DNA of 64,000 nt from Candidatus Omnitrophota bacterium (GTDB taxonomy: Bacteria; Omnitrophota; Omnitrophia; Omnitrophales; Aquincolibacteriaceae). Both the position numbers and the translations under genes were made by a program. Shown here in pieces: positions 54,831 through 63,179 of this stretch; the first letter of the stretch is position 1; each line of letters begins with the position of its first letter. The DNA lies in contig JBAYVF010000005.1 of assembly GCA_041674705.1 (NCBI GenBank), positions 36,645 through 100,644 on the forward strand, written 5' to 3'. A model generated the notes under the pieces. The model worked only from the letters and a program-made list of their open reading frames with translations, had not been told where the DNA came from and did no database searches.

Positions 54831-56528
54831 ATGAAAAAAGCACACAAGAAGCCCACGCCCGTATCATCCAAAAAGCCCTCTTCGGCTCACGCCAAGGGGA
54901 AGTCCCTGCCTGTGCCGCCCGCCAAGGCAAAATCGGGTAAAAAGGGGGGCGTCTCGATGAAACTCCAGGGAGAGATGATTCATAAGCTCCTGACCCTCGG
55001 CAAGAAGCAGGGTTTTGTCACGATTGAGCAGATGAAAAAGCAGCTACCCGCGGACATGAACAATCCCGAAAAAGTCGAAGAGATCATTGTGGCTTTGAAT
55101 GAAAAAGGGATCGAAGTGACAAGCGGCGCCCCGGGAGATCCGACCAAGTCCGGTTCCGAAGTGATCCAGGACGTCGAAGTCAAAAAAGGGAAAGACTCCG
55201 AGCTTGAGGAAGATGCGGCCGTTGAAGAATATGAACGCGGGCGCATCGATGATCCGGTCCGCACTTATCTCCGCCAGATGGGACAGATTTCGCTTCTGAC
55301 CCGTGAACAAGAGATCGAGATCTCCAAGAAGATCGAAGCTTGTGAGCATGAGCTGAAGAAAGTGGTCTATCAGACCAAGGCGGCGCGGTTTGAAGTCCTT
55401 GAGCTCGCGAAAAAAATGCTCGAAGGCCAGGTCCAGATCGAGGCGATCATTGAAAGCGAAGAGCAGGCCCAGATCCAGACGCTCAAGAAAAAACTCAAGT
55501 TGTTGATCCGCAAGTTCCGCGCCTCCCGGAAAAAATCAAATGTCGTTGAACTTCTTTTGCAGTTTAATCTCAGTATCGCGATCGTCGAGCAGATCGTTGT
55601 CAGCTTAAGAGCTAAGCTGAAAGAGCTGAAACGGAACCGCGATGATATCAAGAAACTTCGTCGGAGCGGCGTGCGCGGCAAGATCGGCCAGATCGAGGAG
55701 CGGAACCGTCAGATCCTTCACGAGCTCGGCGAGCCGGAAGAAAAACTTCATGAGCATTTTAAAGCGATTATTCGCAAGGAATGGGAACTCACCAAGGCAA
55801 AGAAGGCGCTCGTGGCCGCCAACCTTCGCTTGGTAGTGAGTATTGCCAAAAAATATACGAACCGCGGGCTTTCTTTTCTGGACCTGATCCAGGAAGGGAA
55901 CATCGGCCTGATGAAAGCGGTGGATAAATTCGAATACAAGCGCGGCTATAAGTTTTCAACTTACGCGACCTGGTGGATCCGCCAGGCGATCACGCGCTCG
56001 ATCGCAGATCAGGCCCGTACGATCCGTATCCCGGTCCATATGATCGAAACAATCAACAAGTTTTTCCGAGCGTCGCGTCATCTGGTTCAGGAGACCGGGC
56101 GTGAACCGACCCCGGAAGAAGTTGCGCAGGTCATGAAGATGCCCGTTGAAAAGGTGAAGGGGATCTTGAAGATCGCCCAGGAGCCGATCAGCCTTCAGAC
56201 ACCGATCGGGGATGAGGGAGACACGAGTTTTGGGGATTTTATCGAAGATAAGTCTGCAGTCTCTCCGGCCAATGCGACGGCTTACAGTATGCTTAAGGAA
56301 CAAATGGATGACGTGCTTCTGACGCTTACCGAGCGTGAAGAAAAAGTCCTGCGTTTGCGATTCGGGATCGGCGACGGTTATCCCCGGACCCTGGAAGAGG
56401 TCGGGCATATTTTCAGCGTAACCCGTGAGCGGGTTCGTCAGATCGAGGCCAAGGCGCTTCGTAAGCTGCGTCACCCTACGCGGTCGAGAAAACTTAAGAA
56501 TTTTCTGGATATTAAGCTAAGCGAGTAA
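54831..56528 (+). CDS. rpoD: RNA polymerase sigma factor RpoD (sigma-70)
   Basis: [11 protein letters not shown] (1.2), [12 protein letters not shown] (2.x) and region 4 ..[17 protein letters not shown]. Lys-rich N-terminal tail. ATG 54831 preferred over 54783. Confidence 0.95.
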   Translation: MKKAHKKPTPVSSKKPSSAHAKGKSLPVPPAKAKSGKKGGVSMKLQGEMIHKLLTLGKKQGFVTIEQMKKQLPADMNNPEKVEEIIVALNEKGIEVTSGAPGDPTKSGSEVIQDVEVKKGKDSELEEDAAVEEYERGRIDDPVRTYLRQMGQISLLTREQEIEISKKIEACEHELKKVVYQTKAARFEVLELAKKMLEGQVQIEAIIESEEQAQIQTLKKKLKLLIRKFRASRKKSNVVELLLQFNLSIAIVEQIVVSLRAKLKELKRNRDDIKKLRRSGVRGKIGQIEERNRQILHELGEPEEKLHEHFKAIIRKEWELTKAKKALVAANLRLVVSIAKKYTNRGLSFLDLIQEGNIGLMKAVDKFEYKRGYKFSTYATWWIRQAITRSIADQARTIRIPVHMIETINKFFRASRHLVQETGREPTPEEVAQVMKMPVEKVKGILKIAQEPISLQTPIGDEGDTSFGDFIEDKSAVSPANATAYSMLKEQMDDVLLTLTEREEKVLRLRFGIGDGYPRTLEEVGHIFSVTRERVRQIEAKALRKLRHPTRSRKLKNFLDIKLSE

Positions 56529-56609
56529 TAGAATCTTTTCGAGTTTGTACGGTCCGCGGGGACCCTTACCAAGCGCGGCGGCGGCGGTTAAATTATTTTT
56601 GAGGCCAAA

Positions 56610-57014
56610 ATGTCAGAGAATAAAAAATGCCTGCTTGTGATCGATGATGAGGATGATGTCGGCCAAATCATCAAGGAGAAGTTCGAGGCTCTTGGTTATA
56701 AGGTTTTGACCGCGCTTGACGGAGCCGAAGGTTTTCAGAAGACTGAAGAAGGTAAGCCCGACGTAGTGCTTCTGGATATCCGCATCCCGAAAGGCGAAGA
56801 CGGATTGACCTATCTTCGCAAACTTCGCTCGTACCGTCACGATGATCTTCAGGAACAGACTCGTATCCGGAAAACTCCCGTCATCATGCTGACCGGCGCC
56901 GGGGCGACGATGCAGTCGCTTTTTGAGCTTGAGGGGATCAGTGGTTTTATTGAAAAACCTTTTGATCTCGCTAATCTTCAGGGCAAAGTCGAGAACATCC
57001 TCCGGACACGTTAG
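56610..57014 (+). CDS. Response regulator, receiver domain only
   Basis: LVIDDEDD..LLDIRIP..MLTG..EKP receiver pattern. Confidence 0.85.
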   Translation: MSENKKCLLVIDDEDDVGQIIKEKFEALGYKVLTALDGAEGFQKTEEGKPDVVLLDIRIPKGEDGLTYLRKLRSYRHDDLQEQTRIRKTPVIMLTGAGATMQSLFELEGISGFIEKPFDLANLQGKVENILRTR

Positions 57015-57084
57015 TTTTCTTTCCCGCCTTATTGTTGATTGCAATTCCTCTTTATCTTCGATATCCTACTTTCGCTTTGCTCTA

Positions 57085-57154
57085 GTTCGGAGTATGGAGT
57101 TTGGAGTTCGGAGTAACATCCTTAGATTTTTTCTCCGAACTCAGGACTCATAAC
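57085..57154. repeat. GTTCGGA-word hairpin without ORF (19-nt loop)
   Basis: Left arm 57085-57113 is 26/29 identical to 12512-12540. Right arm 57133-57154 begins with the same ctccgaactc as 12905-12914. Confidence 0.8.
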
Positions 57155-57252
57155 TTCTAGCTTAATACAAGGGCCTATCCAATTCTCTGTAAGAGATTAA
57201 AAGGTTAATTGGATTGGTCCTGTCGACCATTAAAGAAATAAATAAAAGACAA

Positions 57253-57326
57253 GGGCCTATAGCTCAATCGGTTAGAGCAGAGGACTCATAATCCTTTGGT
57301 TGGAGGTTCGATTCCTCCTGGGCCCA
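57253..57326 (+). tRNA. tRNA with CAU anticodon (elongator Met or lysidine-modified Ile2; not initiator-like)
   Basis: Hand-folded cloverleaf: acceptor GGGCCTA/TGGGCCC, D arm GCTC..GAGC, anticodon arm GAGGA-CTCATAA-TCCTT, T arm GGAGG-TTCGATT-CCTCC. No encoded CCA. No 3 G-C pairs in the anticodon stem. Confidence 0.9.
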
Positions 57327-57340
57327 ATCTTTTTTAGGAA

Positions 57341-57460
57341 GGCCGAGTCCTGGTTCTCCGCCAAAAATCGTGGCGAGACCCGTCCACAAAGCTTCGAAAC
57401 ATCCGTACGATTTTTGAGACGAACCTCGCCAAGCTTTGTGGCGGGGAGTCCAGGTGGGCC
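57341..57460 (+). ncRNA. Candidate structured RNA / long imperfect hairpin downstream of tRNA(CAU)
   Basis: ccacaaagctt (57384-57394) pairs with aagctttgtgg (57431-57441). ggcgag/ctcgcc, cctgg/ccagg and ggcc/ggcc blocks also pair. No convincing coding potential. Confidence 0.3.
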
Positions 57461-57470
57461 AAGTTCTTTC

Positions 57471-57500
57471 TTGACAGTTCTCGCAGGTGAAAAGTAGACT
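57471..57500 (+). promoter_or_regulatory. Candidate promoter upstream of the TPR lipoprotein gene (TTGACA-N18-TAGACT)
   Basis: TTGACA 57471-57476, TAGACT 57495-57500. Confidence 0.4.
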
Positions 57501-57542
57501 TGGGCGTACATTGCTATTCGCCAGATAATGAAGGGGCCTTTT

Positions 57543-57896
57543 ATGAAAAAGATGAAACTTTGGGCGGTGGGGGCACTCTTAAGCGTACTGTTTGCTTCGT
57601 GCGCGTTCCATTCTTCGAAGCATTCTTTCGGACCTTATTCCGCTGCCGAAACTTTTTACAGCAAGGGGAATTATCCCAAAGCGATCGAAAAGTATCAAGA
57701 ATATCTGGCCGAAAATCCCAAGGGAAATCTGGCTGCGACGGCCGAGTACTATGTTGCGAAAAGCTACGCCGCATCCGGAAATCCGGACAGAGCTCGCGAG
57801 AGTTTTGAACGGGTCCTGAAGACATTCCCCGGGACGAGTTGGGCTGCGTTTTCAAAGGAACAACTGGAAGCTTTGGATGGTGTCACGAAAGTTTAA
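57543..57896 (+). CDS. TPR-like lipoprotein (YbgF/BamD-like repeat)
   Basis: Lipobox LFASC after the signal peptide. TPR-like FYSKGNYPKAIEKYQEYL.. repeat. Confidence 0.7.
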   Translation: MKKMKLWAVGALLSVLFASCAFHSSKHSFGPYSAAETFYSKGNYPKAIEKYQEYLAENPKGNLAATAEYYVAKSYAASGNPDRARESFERVLKTFPGTSWAAFSKEQLEALDGVTKV

Positions 57897-57937
57897 CGGT
57901 TTCATTTTTTTGTTCTTTGATTGGAAAATGGGTTTTT

Positions 57938-58426
57938 GAGAAGGTCTTCTCGGATGACCGCGCACAGATGACGAGAGACGGGAAACGTCCTGTCCAACCG
58001 CTGTGGGAGGAAAGTCCGAGCTTCACAGGGCATCGTAGTGGGTAACGCCCACCCCCCCGTCGCTTTGCTTCGCAAAGCGAAGCAGCGGGGGCGGATTAGA
58101 GCCACAGAGACGAGTTCTGCTTCGCCTTGTCCGTAAGGGCAAGGCTACGCAGGAATGAATCCCTCTAGCAATAGGGGGCTAGTTCCTGCGAAACGCCGCC
58201 GTTAAGGACGGCGTGGAGCAGAAGTGAAACGCGGCAATCTCTACGTGAAGAAAGGCTAAACAGGGTGAGGAGCGAAAGCGGGAACTGCCCGTTCCTAGAT
58301 CGCCGCAAGGCGGGAACCTTACCGGGTCAGCCGACCGAGGCCGTCAGTAATGACGGCCCTAGATAGATGGTCATCCATTACCCGCAAGGGTGAGGACAGA
58401 ACTCGGCTTACAGGGAAGACCTTCTC
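57938..58426 (+). ncRNA. rnpB: RNase P RNA, bacterial type A
   Basis: GGAGGAAAGTCCGAGC (P4 5' strand), ACAGAACTCGGCTTACAG (P4 3' strand), GGTAACGCCCACC and CCTAGATAGATGGTCATCC blocks. P1 pairing is GAGAAGGTCTTCTC / GGAAGACCTTCTC. A T-run follows. Confidence 0.9.
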
Positions 58427-58442
58427 ATTTTTTTTACCGGAC

Positions 58443-58595
58443 TTGACAAAAAGCGAACAAACGAGTAGCTTTTGCACAAGCAGATACGATTCGAACTCCT
58501 TTTAAGACGGCGCGGGACGCCGACAAAGGTGGAAAAAATGGAATACAGGACGGAACTCAATAATGACCCTGCACAGACGTGCGGGGTATTTTTTT
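58443..58595 (+). promoter_or_regulatory. pyr operon leader: candidate promoter (TTGACA-N17-TAGCTT) plus attenuator-type terminator
   Basis: TTGACA 58443-58448, TAGCTT 58466-58471. Hairpin ccctgcac-agac-gtgcgggg (58567-58586) is followed by tattttttt, 68 nt before the pyrR ATG. Confidence 0.5.
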
Positions 58596-58662
58596 GCCTG
58601 CCCGCCACTCAAACACTGGCGGGCCTACCTGCCGACGCTTTCGTGTCAGGCCCGGAGTTTTT

Positions 58663-59211
58663 ATGACCCCCTCGGAAAAACAGGTCCTTGATGAGGGAGG
58701 GATCGAACGGGCGCTTGCTCGTATCGCCCATGAGATCGTCGAACGCAATCAGGGAATGGCGAATCTTACCCTGGTCGGTATTCGCAGCCGCGGTGTTTTC
58801 CTCGCTGAGCGGCTCCAAAAAAAACTTTTTGAGATCGAAAAGAAAGAGATCCCCATCGGTATCCTCGATATCACCCTTTATCGTGATGATCTTGGGGAAA
58901 TCGGTCCCAAAGCCGAGCTTCATGAAACGAATATTCCGTTCGATCTCAGCACCAAGATTGTGATCTTGGTCGATGATGTGCTTTTCACGGGACGAACGAT
59001 CCGGGCCGCCCTGGACGGGCTGATCGATTTCGGACGACCCAAGGCCATTCAGCTGGCGGTGCTCGTGGATCGCGGGCATCGGGAATTGCCTATCAAAGCC
59101 GACTACGTGGGCAAGAACGTTCCGACCGCATTCCAGGACAAGGTTATTATCCGATTGAAAGAAACGGAAGGGAAAGACGAAGCCGTGATCTCCGGAGGGG
59201 GCAAACCATGA
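58663..59211 (+). CDS. pyrR: Bifunctional pyr operon regulator / uracil phosphoribosyltransferase PyrR
   Basis: ..[16 protein letters not shown].. and PRPP-binding [16 protein letters not shown] 58663 with a GGAG RBS. The ORF-track start 58579 lies inside a terminator hairpin. Confidence 0.9.
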   Translation: MTPSEKQVLDEGGIERALARIAHEIVERNQGMANLTLVGIRSRGVFLAERLQKKLFEIEKKEIPIGILDITLYRDDLGEIGPKAELHETNIPFDLSTKIVILVDDVLFTGRTIRAALDGLIDFGRPKAIQLAVLVDRGHRELPIKADYVGKNVPTAFQDKVIIRLKETEGKDEAVISGGGKP

Positions 59212-60158
59212 CACAGAACGGCAAACTCAAGTGGAACCGGAAGGATCTTCTCGGACTGCGCGATCTTTCCGCCGAGGAGATCACGTTGATCCTGGATACC
59301 GCAAAATCCTTCAGCGAAGTATCCCAGCGGGAGGTCAAGAAAGTTCCGGTCATGCGCGGCAAAACCGTGGTGAACCTTTTCCTGGAACCCAGCACCCGGA
59401 CGCGGGTGTCTTTCGAACTTGCGGAAAAACGTTTGAGCGCCGACACCATCAGCATGCAAAGCGCCGGCTCTAGCATGACCAAAGGCGAATCCTTGTGGGA
59501 CACGATCGCCAATATTGAAGCTCTCAAAGTCGATATTATCGTGATGCGGCACGGTTCCTCGGGGGCACCGCATCGCGTCTCAAATTACACGAAGTGCGGG
59601 ATCGTAAATGCGGGGGATGGTATTAACGAGCATCCCACGCAAGGCCTTCTGGATATGTTCACGCTTCGCGAGATCAAGGGGAAGATCAAGGGCCTCAAGG
59701 TGGTTTTTGTCGGGGATATTCTGCACTCCCGGGTGGCACGGTCGAATATCTGGGGGCTGACAAAACTTGGGGCGGAAGTGGTTCTGTGCGGTCCCAAGAC
59801 GCTCATTCCTTGGGGGTTTGAGGAACTCGGCGTAAAAGTCATTCATGATGTGAAGAAAGCGATCGATGGCGCGGACGCGGTGACACTTCTCCGGATCCAG
59901 ATGGAGCGGCAGAACGAGACACTGTTCCCGAGTATCCGCGAATATGCGAGCACCTTCGGGATGAATACCGAGCTCTTTAAATGCGCCAAGCCCGACGCGA
60001 TCCTGATGCACCCGGGGCCGGTGAATCGCGGCGTCGAAATTGAAAGCGCGCTTGCCGATAGCCCGCAGTCTTATATCCTCAAACAGGTCACCAACGGGAT
60101 CGCGGTCCGCATGGCGGTCCTTTATCTCTTGAGCGGAGCCATGAAAAATGAAAAATAA
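59208..60158 (+). CDS. pyrB: Aspartate carbamoyltransferase catalytic subunit
   Basis: STRTR and HPTQ motifs. ATCase-length protein. Confidence 0.95.
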   Translation: MTQNGKLKWNRKDLLGLRDLSAEEITLILDTAKSFSEVSQREVKKVPVMRGKTVVNLFLEPSTRTRVSFELAEKRLSADTISMQSAGSSMTKGESLWDTIANIEALKVDIIVMRHGSSGAPHRVSNYTKCGIVNAGDGINEHPTQGLLDMFTLREIKGKIKGLKVVFVGDILHSRVARSNIWGLTKLGAEVVLCGPKTLIPWGFEELGVKVIHDVKKAIDGADAVTLLRIQMERQNETLFPSIREYASTFGMNTELFKCAKPDAILMHPGPVNRGVEIESALADSPQSYILKQVTNGIAVRMAVLYLLSGAMKNEK

Positions 60159-61449
60159 ACTGAACGGACAATCCGTCAAGAATCTGATCATCCGGAATGC
60201 TCACATCGTGGATCCTGCCAACAAGATCGATGAAGTGATGGATCTTCACATCAAAAGTCACCGGATCGTAAAATGGGGCAAGGATCTCGCGGCGGAAGAG
60301 GCGGAGATCCTGGATGCCAAAAAGCTCCATCTCTTGCCGGGCCTCGTGGATCTGCATGTTCACTTCCGCGAGCCGGGTTACGAGCACAAAGAAACGATCG
60401 AAACAGGAGCCCAAGCGGCCATCGCGGGCGGTTTTGTGGCCTGTGTGACCATGCCGAATACGAAGCCCGCCTGCGATAATGCGCAGGTTGTGAAGTATCA
60501 AATGGAACGCGCGAACGTTCTCAACTTTAATATTTTCCCCTCCGGAACGCTGACGCAGGGACGGGAAGGCAAGAAGATCTCGGAGATGGCCGAGATGAAG
60601 GCCGCGGGAGCTGTGGCTGTGACCGATGACGGTGGATGGGTGGTGGATTCCGGGGTGGCGCGCCGGGCTTATGAATATGCCGCGACGTACGGACTCCCGA
60701 TCATGTCGCATGCCGAGGATCATTCGATCAGCGTCAATGGCGTGATGAACGAAGGGATTGTTTCCTCGAAGCTGGGACTTCGGGGTGCTCCGAATGCGGC
60801 GGAAGACATTGCCACGGCGCGCGACATTGAACTGGTCCGGCTCATCAAGTGCCAGCTTCACTTCCAGCACGTTTCAACCCGCGGGGCTGTGGATATGATC
60901 CGGCGCGCGAAAGCGGAAGGGTTGCCGATCACTGCGGAAGCGACGCCGCATCACATCGCGCTCACCGACGAAGAATTCGTGAAGTACGATACCTTTTATA
61001 AAATGAATCCGCCGCTCCGGACCGAGAAGGACCGGGAGGCGATCCTCCGGGGTCTTGAAGATGGCACGATCGATGCGATCGCGACGGACCACGCGCCCCA
61101 CGCCCTCGAAGAGAAGGACCGGGATATCGAAGTGGCCCCGTTCGGTGCGATCGGACTGGAATCGGCCTTCGGGGTGATCATGACCGAACTTTTTCATGGC
61201 CGGAAATGGAAGCTGGAAGATATTGTGAAGAAGATGAGCCTGACGCCCGCGGAGATCCTGAAAAAATCGAATTTCGGGCGGCTCAAGACCGGAGAACAGG
61301 CGAATTTTATCCTGGTGGATGTGGAGAAGGACTGGGTTTTTTCGGAAGAGGATGTTCATTCGAAATCCCTGAATTCCTGCTTCTACGGCAAGAAGCTCAA
61401 AGGCAAGGTCCTGCATACTTTCGTGAAAGGTTATCAATACGCTCTCTAA
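60148..61449 (+). CDS. pyrC: Dihydroorotase
   Basis: DLHVHFREPG metal-binding motif and ..TDHAPH.. motif. Confidence 0.93.
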   Translation: MKNKLNGQSVKNLIIRNAHIVDPANKIDEVMDLHIKSHRIVKWGKDLAAEEAEILDAKKLHLLPGLVDLHVHFREPGYEHKETIETGAQAAIAGGFVACVTMPNTKPACDNAQVVKYQMERANVLNFNIFPSGTLTQGREGKKISEMAEMKAAGAVAVTDDGGWVVDSGVARRAYEYAATYGLPIMSHAEDHSISVNGVMNEGIVSSKLGLRGAPNAAEDIATARDIELVRLIKCQLHFQHVSTRGAVDMIRRAKAEGLPITAEATPHHIALTDEEFVKYDTFYKMNPPLRTEKDREAILRGLEDGTIDAIATDHAPHALEEKDRDIEVAPFGAIGLESAFGVIMTELFHGRKWKLEDIVKKMSLTPAEILKKSNFGRLKTGEQANFILVDVEKDWVFSEEDVHSKSLNSCFYGKKLKGKVLHTFVKGYQYAL

Positions 61450-61464
61450 AGCGCTTGAGGAAAA

Positions 61465-62235
61465 ATGAAAACAAAAAAGTACGACGAAGAGGCTCTTCTT
61501 CTCGAGAATAAAAAGGTTAATGGTAAATATTTCAAGCTGGCCTTTCGTTCTCAGAATCTTTGTAAGAAGATCAAGCCCGGGCAGTTCCTCCACGTTCGCG
61601 TCAATCAGGGGCAGGATCCCTACCTGAGACGCCCGTTCAGCTACTTCCGGGTTTCGCCCGGCAGGGTGGAGATCCTCTATGAAGTTCTGGGACGCGGCAC
61701 CTCGATTCTTTCCGGCAAGAAAAAAGGAGATGCTCTGAAAGTGATGGGGCCGCTCGGAAATGCTTTTACCGAAAAACTCGGCAAAAAGAAGCGGATCCTG
61801 GTCGCGGGCGGAGTGGGTGTCCCGCCACTTGTTTTTCTTGCCGAACAATATCCCACGGAATATCTTCTGATCGGCACAAAGTCCAAGGCTGAGCTTCTGC
61901 CGAAGTCCGAATTGAAGAAAGTCCGCGCCAAGGTCCTTTGCACTACGGAGGATGGCTCGTACGGCACAAAAGGTCGCGTAACCTTGCTGCTTGAAAAGAT
62001 CCTGAAAGACCAGCACCCCGAAGAATTTTTTATCCAGACCTGCGGGCCCAAGCCCATGATGGAAGCTGTGATCACGCTTGCCCGAAAATACGGCGTCGAT
62101 GGCGAAGCCTCCTGGGATGAGAGTATGGCCTGCGGCGTCGGGGCGTGTTTGGGGTGTATGGTCAAAACAAAAGACGGCTTGAAACGGGCCTGCGCGGATG
62201 GGCCGGTATTTCAATTTAAGGATCTCAAACTGTGA
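61465..62235 (+). CDS. pyrK: Dihydroorotate dehydrogenase B electron-transfer subunit
   Basis: FAD/NAD-binding fold (RPFS) and C-terminal 2Fe-2S cysteines MACGVGACLGC..C. Confidence 0.9.
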   Translation: MKTKKYDEEALLLENKKVNGKYFKLAFRSQNLCKKIKPGQFLHVRVNQGQDPYLRRPFSYFRVSPGRVEILYEVLGRGTSILSGKKKGDALKVMGPLGNAFTEKLGKKKRILVAGGVGVPPLVFLAEQYPTEYLLIGTKSKAELLPKSELKKVRAKVLCTTEDGSYGTKGRVTLLLEKILKDQHPEEFFIQTCGPKPMMEAVITLARKYGVDGEASWDESMACGVGACLGCMVKTKDGLKRACADGPVFQFKDLKL

Positions 62236-63179
62236 AAGTCGATCTGACGACCCGGATCAAAAGCCTGACGCTCAAAAATCCTATCACGGTGGCTTCCGGG
62301 ACTTTCGGCACCACGGATGAATATGCCGGGTATGTGGATGCGAGGAAGCTTGGGGCGATCATCACGAAAACCATTACCGTGAAAGCGCGTGCCGGCAATC
62401 CCATGCCGCGGATCTGTGAAACCTCATCGGGGATGCTCAACGCGATCGGGCTTCAGAATAAAGGCCTTGAGGATTTCATCGAGCACAAGATCCCTTATTT
62501 CAAGAAACTTGGCGTGCCCCTCATCGTCAGCATCGCGGGAGAATCCGCGGAGGAATTTGGGAAGCTTGCCAAGACATTTGACGGGATGAAAGATGTCGTG
62601 AAAGCGCTTGAGGTGAATCTTTCTTGTCCGAACGTGGAGGCCGCCGGAGTGGGCGGCATGAAAAAGCAGGAACGCATTGCGGACGCGGTTAAAGCGGTCC
62701 GGGGTCAGACGAACCTTCTTGCTTTCGCGAAGATCTCTCCCGAACTCGGGGATGTGCTTGAGATCGCCGGAAAAGTTCTGGCGCAGGGAATGGACGGGAT
62801 CAGTTTGATCAATACGTTGCGCGGGATGGCGGTGGATCTCCGGACGCGGAGTTCCAGGATCGCGAAGGATTTCGGGGGGCTGAGCGGCCCAGCGATCAAA
62901 CCGGTCGCGCTTCGCTATGTCTATCAGGTCAAAAAGGAATTTCAAGTGCCGGTCATTGCCTCCGGCGGCATCTCGAACGCCCAGGACGCCCTGGAATTCC
63001 TGATCGTAGGAGCGGATCTCTTGGCGATCGGCACGGCAAATTTCGTGGAGCCGCAAGCGACACTTCAAATTCTGAAAGGGATCGAAGATTTCTGCAAAAA
63101 AGAAAAGATCCGGGGGCTCGACGATCTTCGGGGTAGTTACGAACCTGCCGGAGAAAAAGGGGAAGGATGCAACCGATGA
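62232..63179 (+). CDS. pyrD: Dihydroorotate dehydrogenase B catalytic subunit
   Basis: Class 1B DHOD sequence (..NPITVASGTFG.., ..LSCPNV.., ..GGISN..). GTG start overlapping the pyrK stop. Confidence 0.93.
   Translation: MKVDLTTRIKSLTLKNPITVASGTFGTTDEYAGYVDARKLGAIITKTITVKARAGNPMPRICETSSGMLNAIGLQNKGLEDFIEHKIPYFKKLGVPLIVSIAGESAEEFGKLAKTFDGMKDVVKALEVNLSCPNVEAAGVGGMKKQERIADAVKAVRGQTNLLAFAKISPELGDVLEIAGKVLAQGMDGISLINTLRGMAVDLRTRSSRIAKDFGGLSGPAIKPVALRYVYQVKKEFQVPVIASGGISNAQDALEFLIVGADLLAIGTANFVEPQATLQILKGIEDFCKKEKIRGLDDLRGSYEPAGEKGEGCNR

Noticed and set aside
57341-57460. Assigning the structured region to 6S RNA, SRP RNA or tmRNA.
   Set aside because: It is too short for 6S or tmRNA. I could find no SRP domain-IV motif, tmRNA tag reading frame or 6S central-bubble architecture, so it is kept only as an unnamed candidate.
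57272-57511. Small ORFs between the tRNA and the lipoprotein gene: 57272-57511 (minus), 57300-57497 (plus), 57500-57808 (plus) and 57592-57819 (plus).
   Set aside because: They overlap the tRNA, a long hairpin, a promoter or the better-supported lipoprotein frame. They have no RBS and no recognisable motifs.
57902-58748. ORFs overlapping rnpB and the pyr leader: 57839-58045, 57902-58105, 58408-58608, 58472-58666 and 58557-58748.
   Set aside because: The region is occupied by a confidently identified RNase P RNA and a terminator-containing leader.
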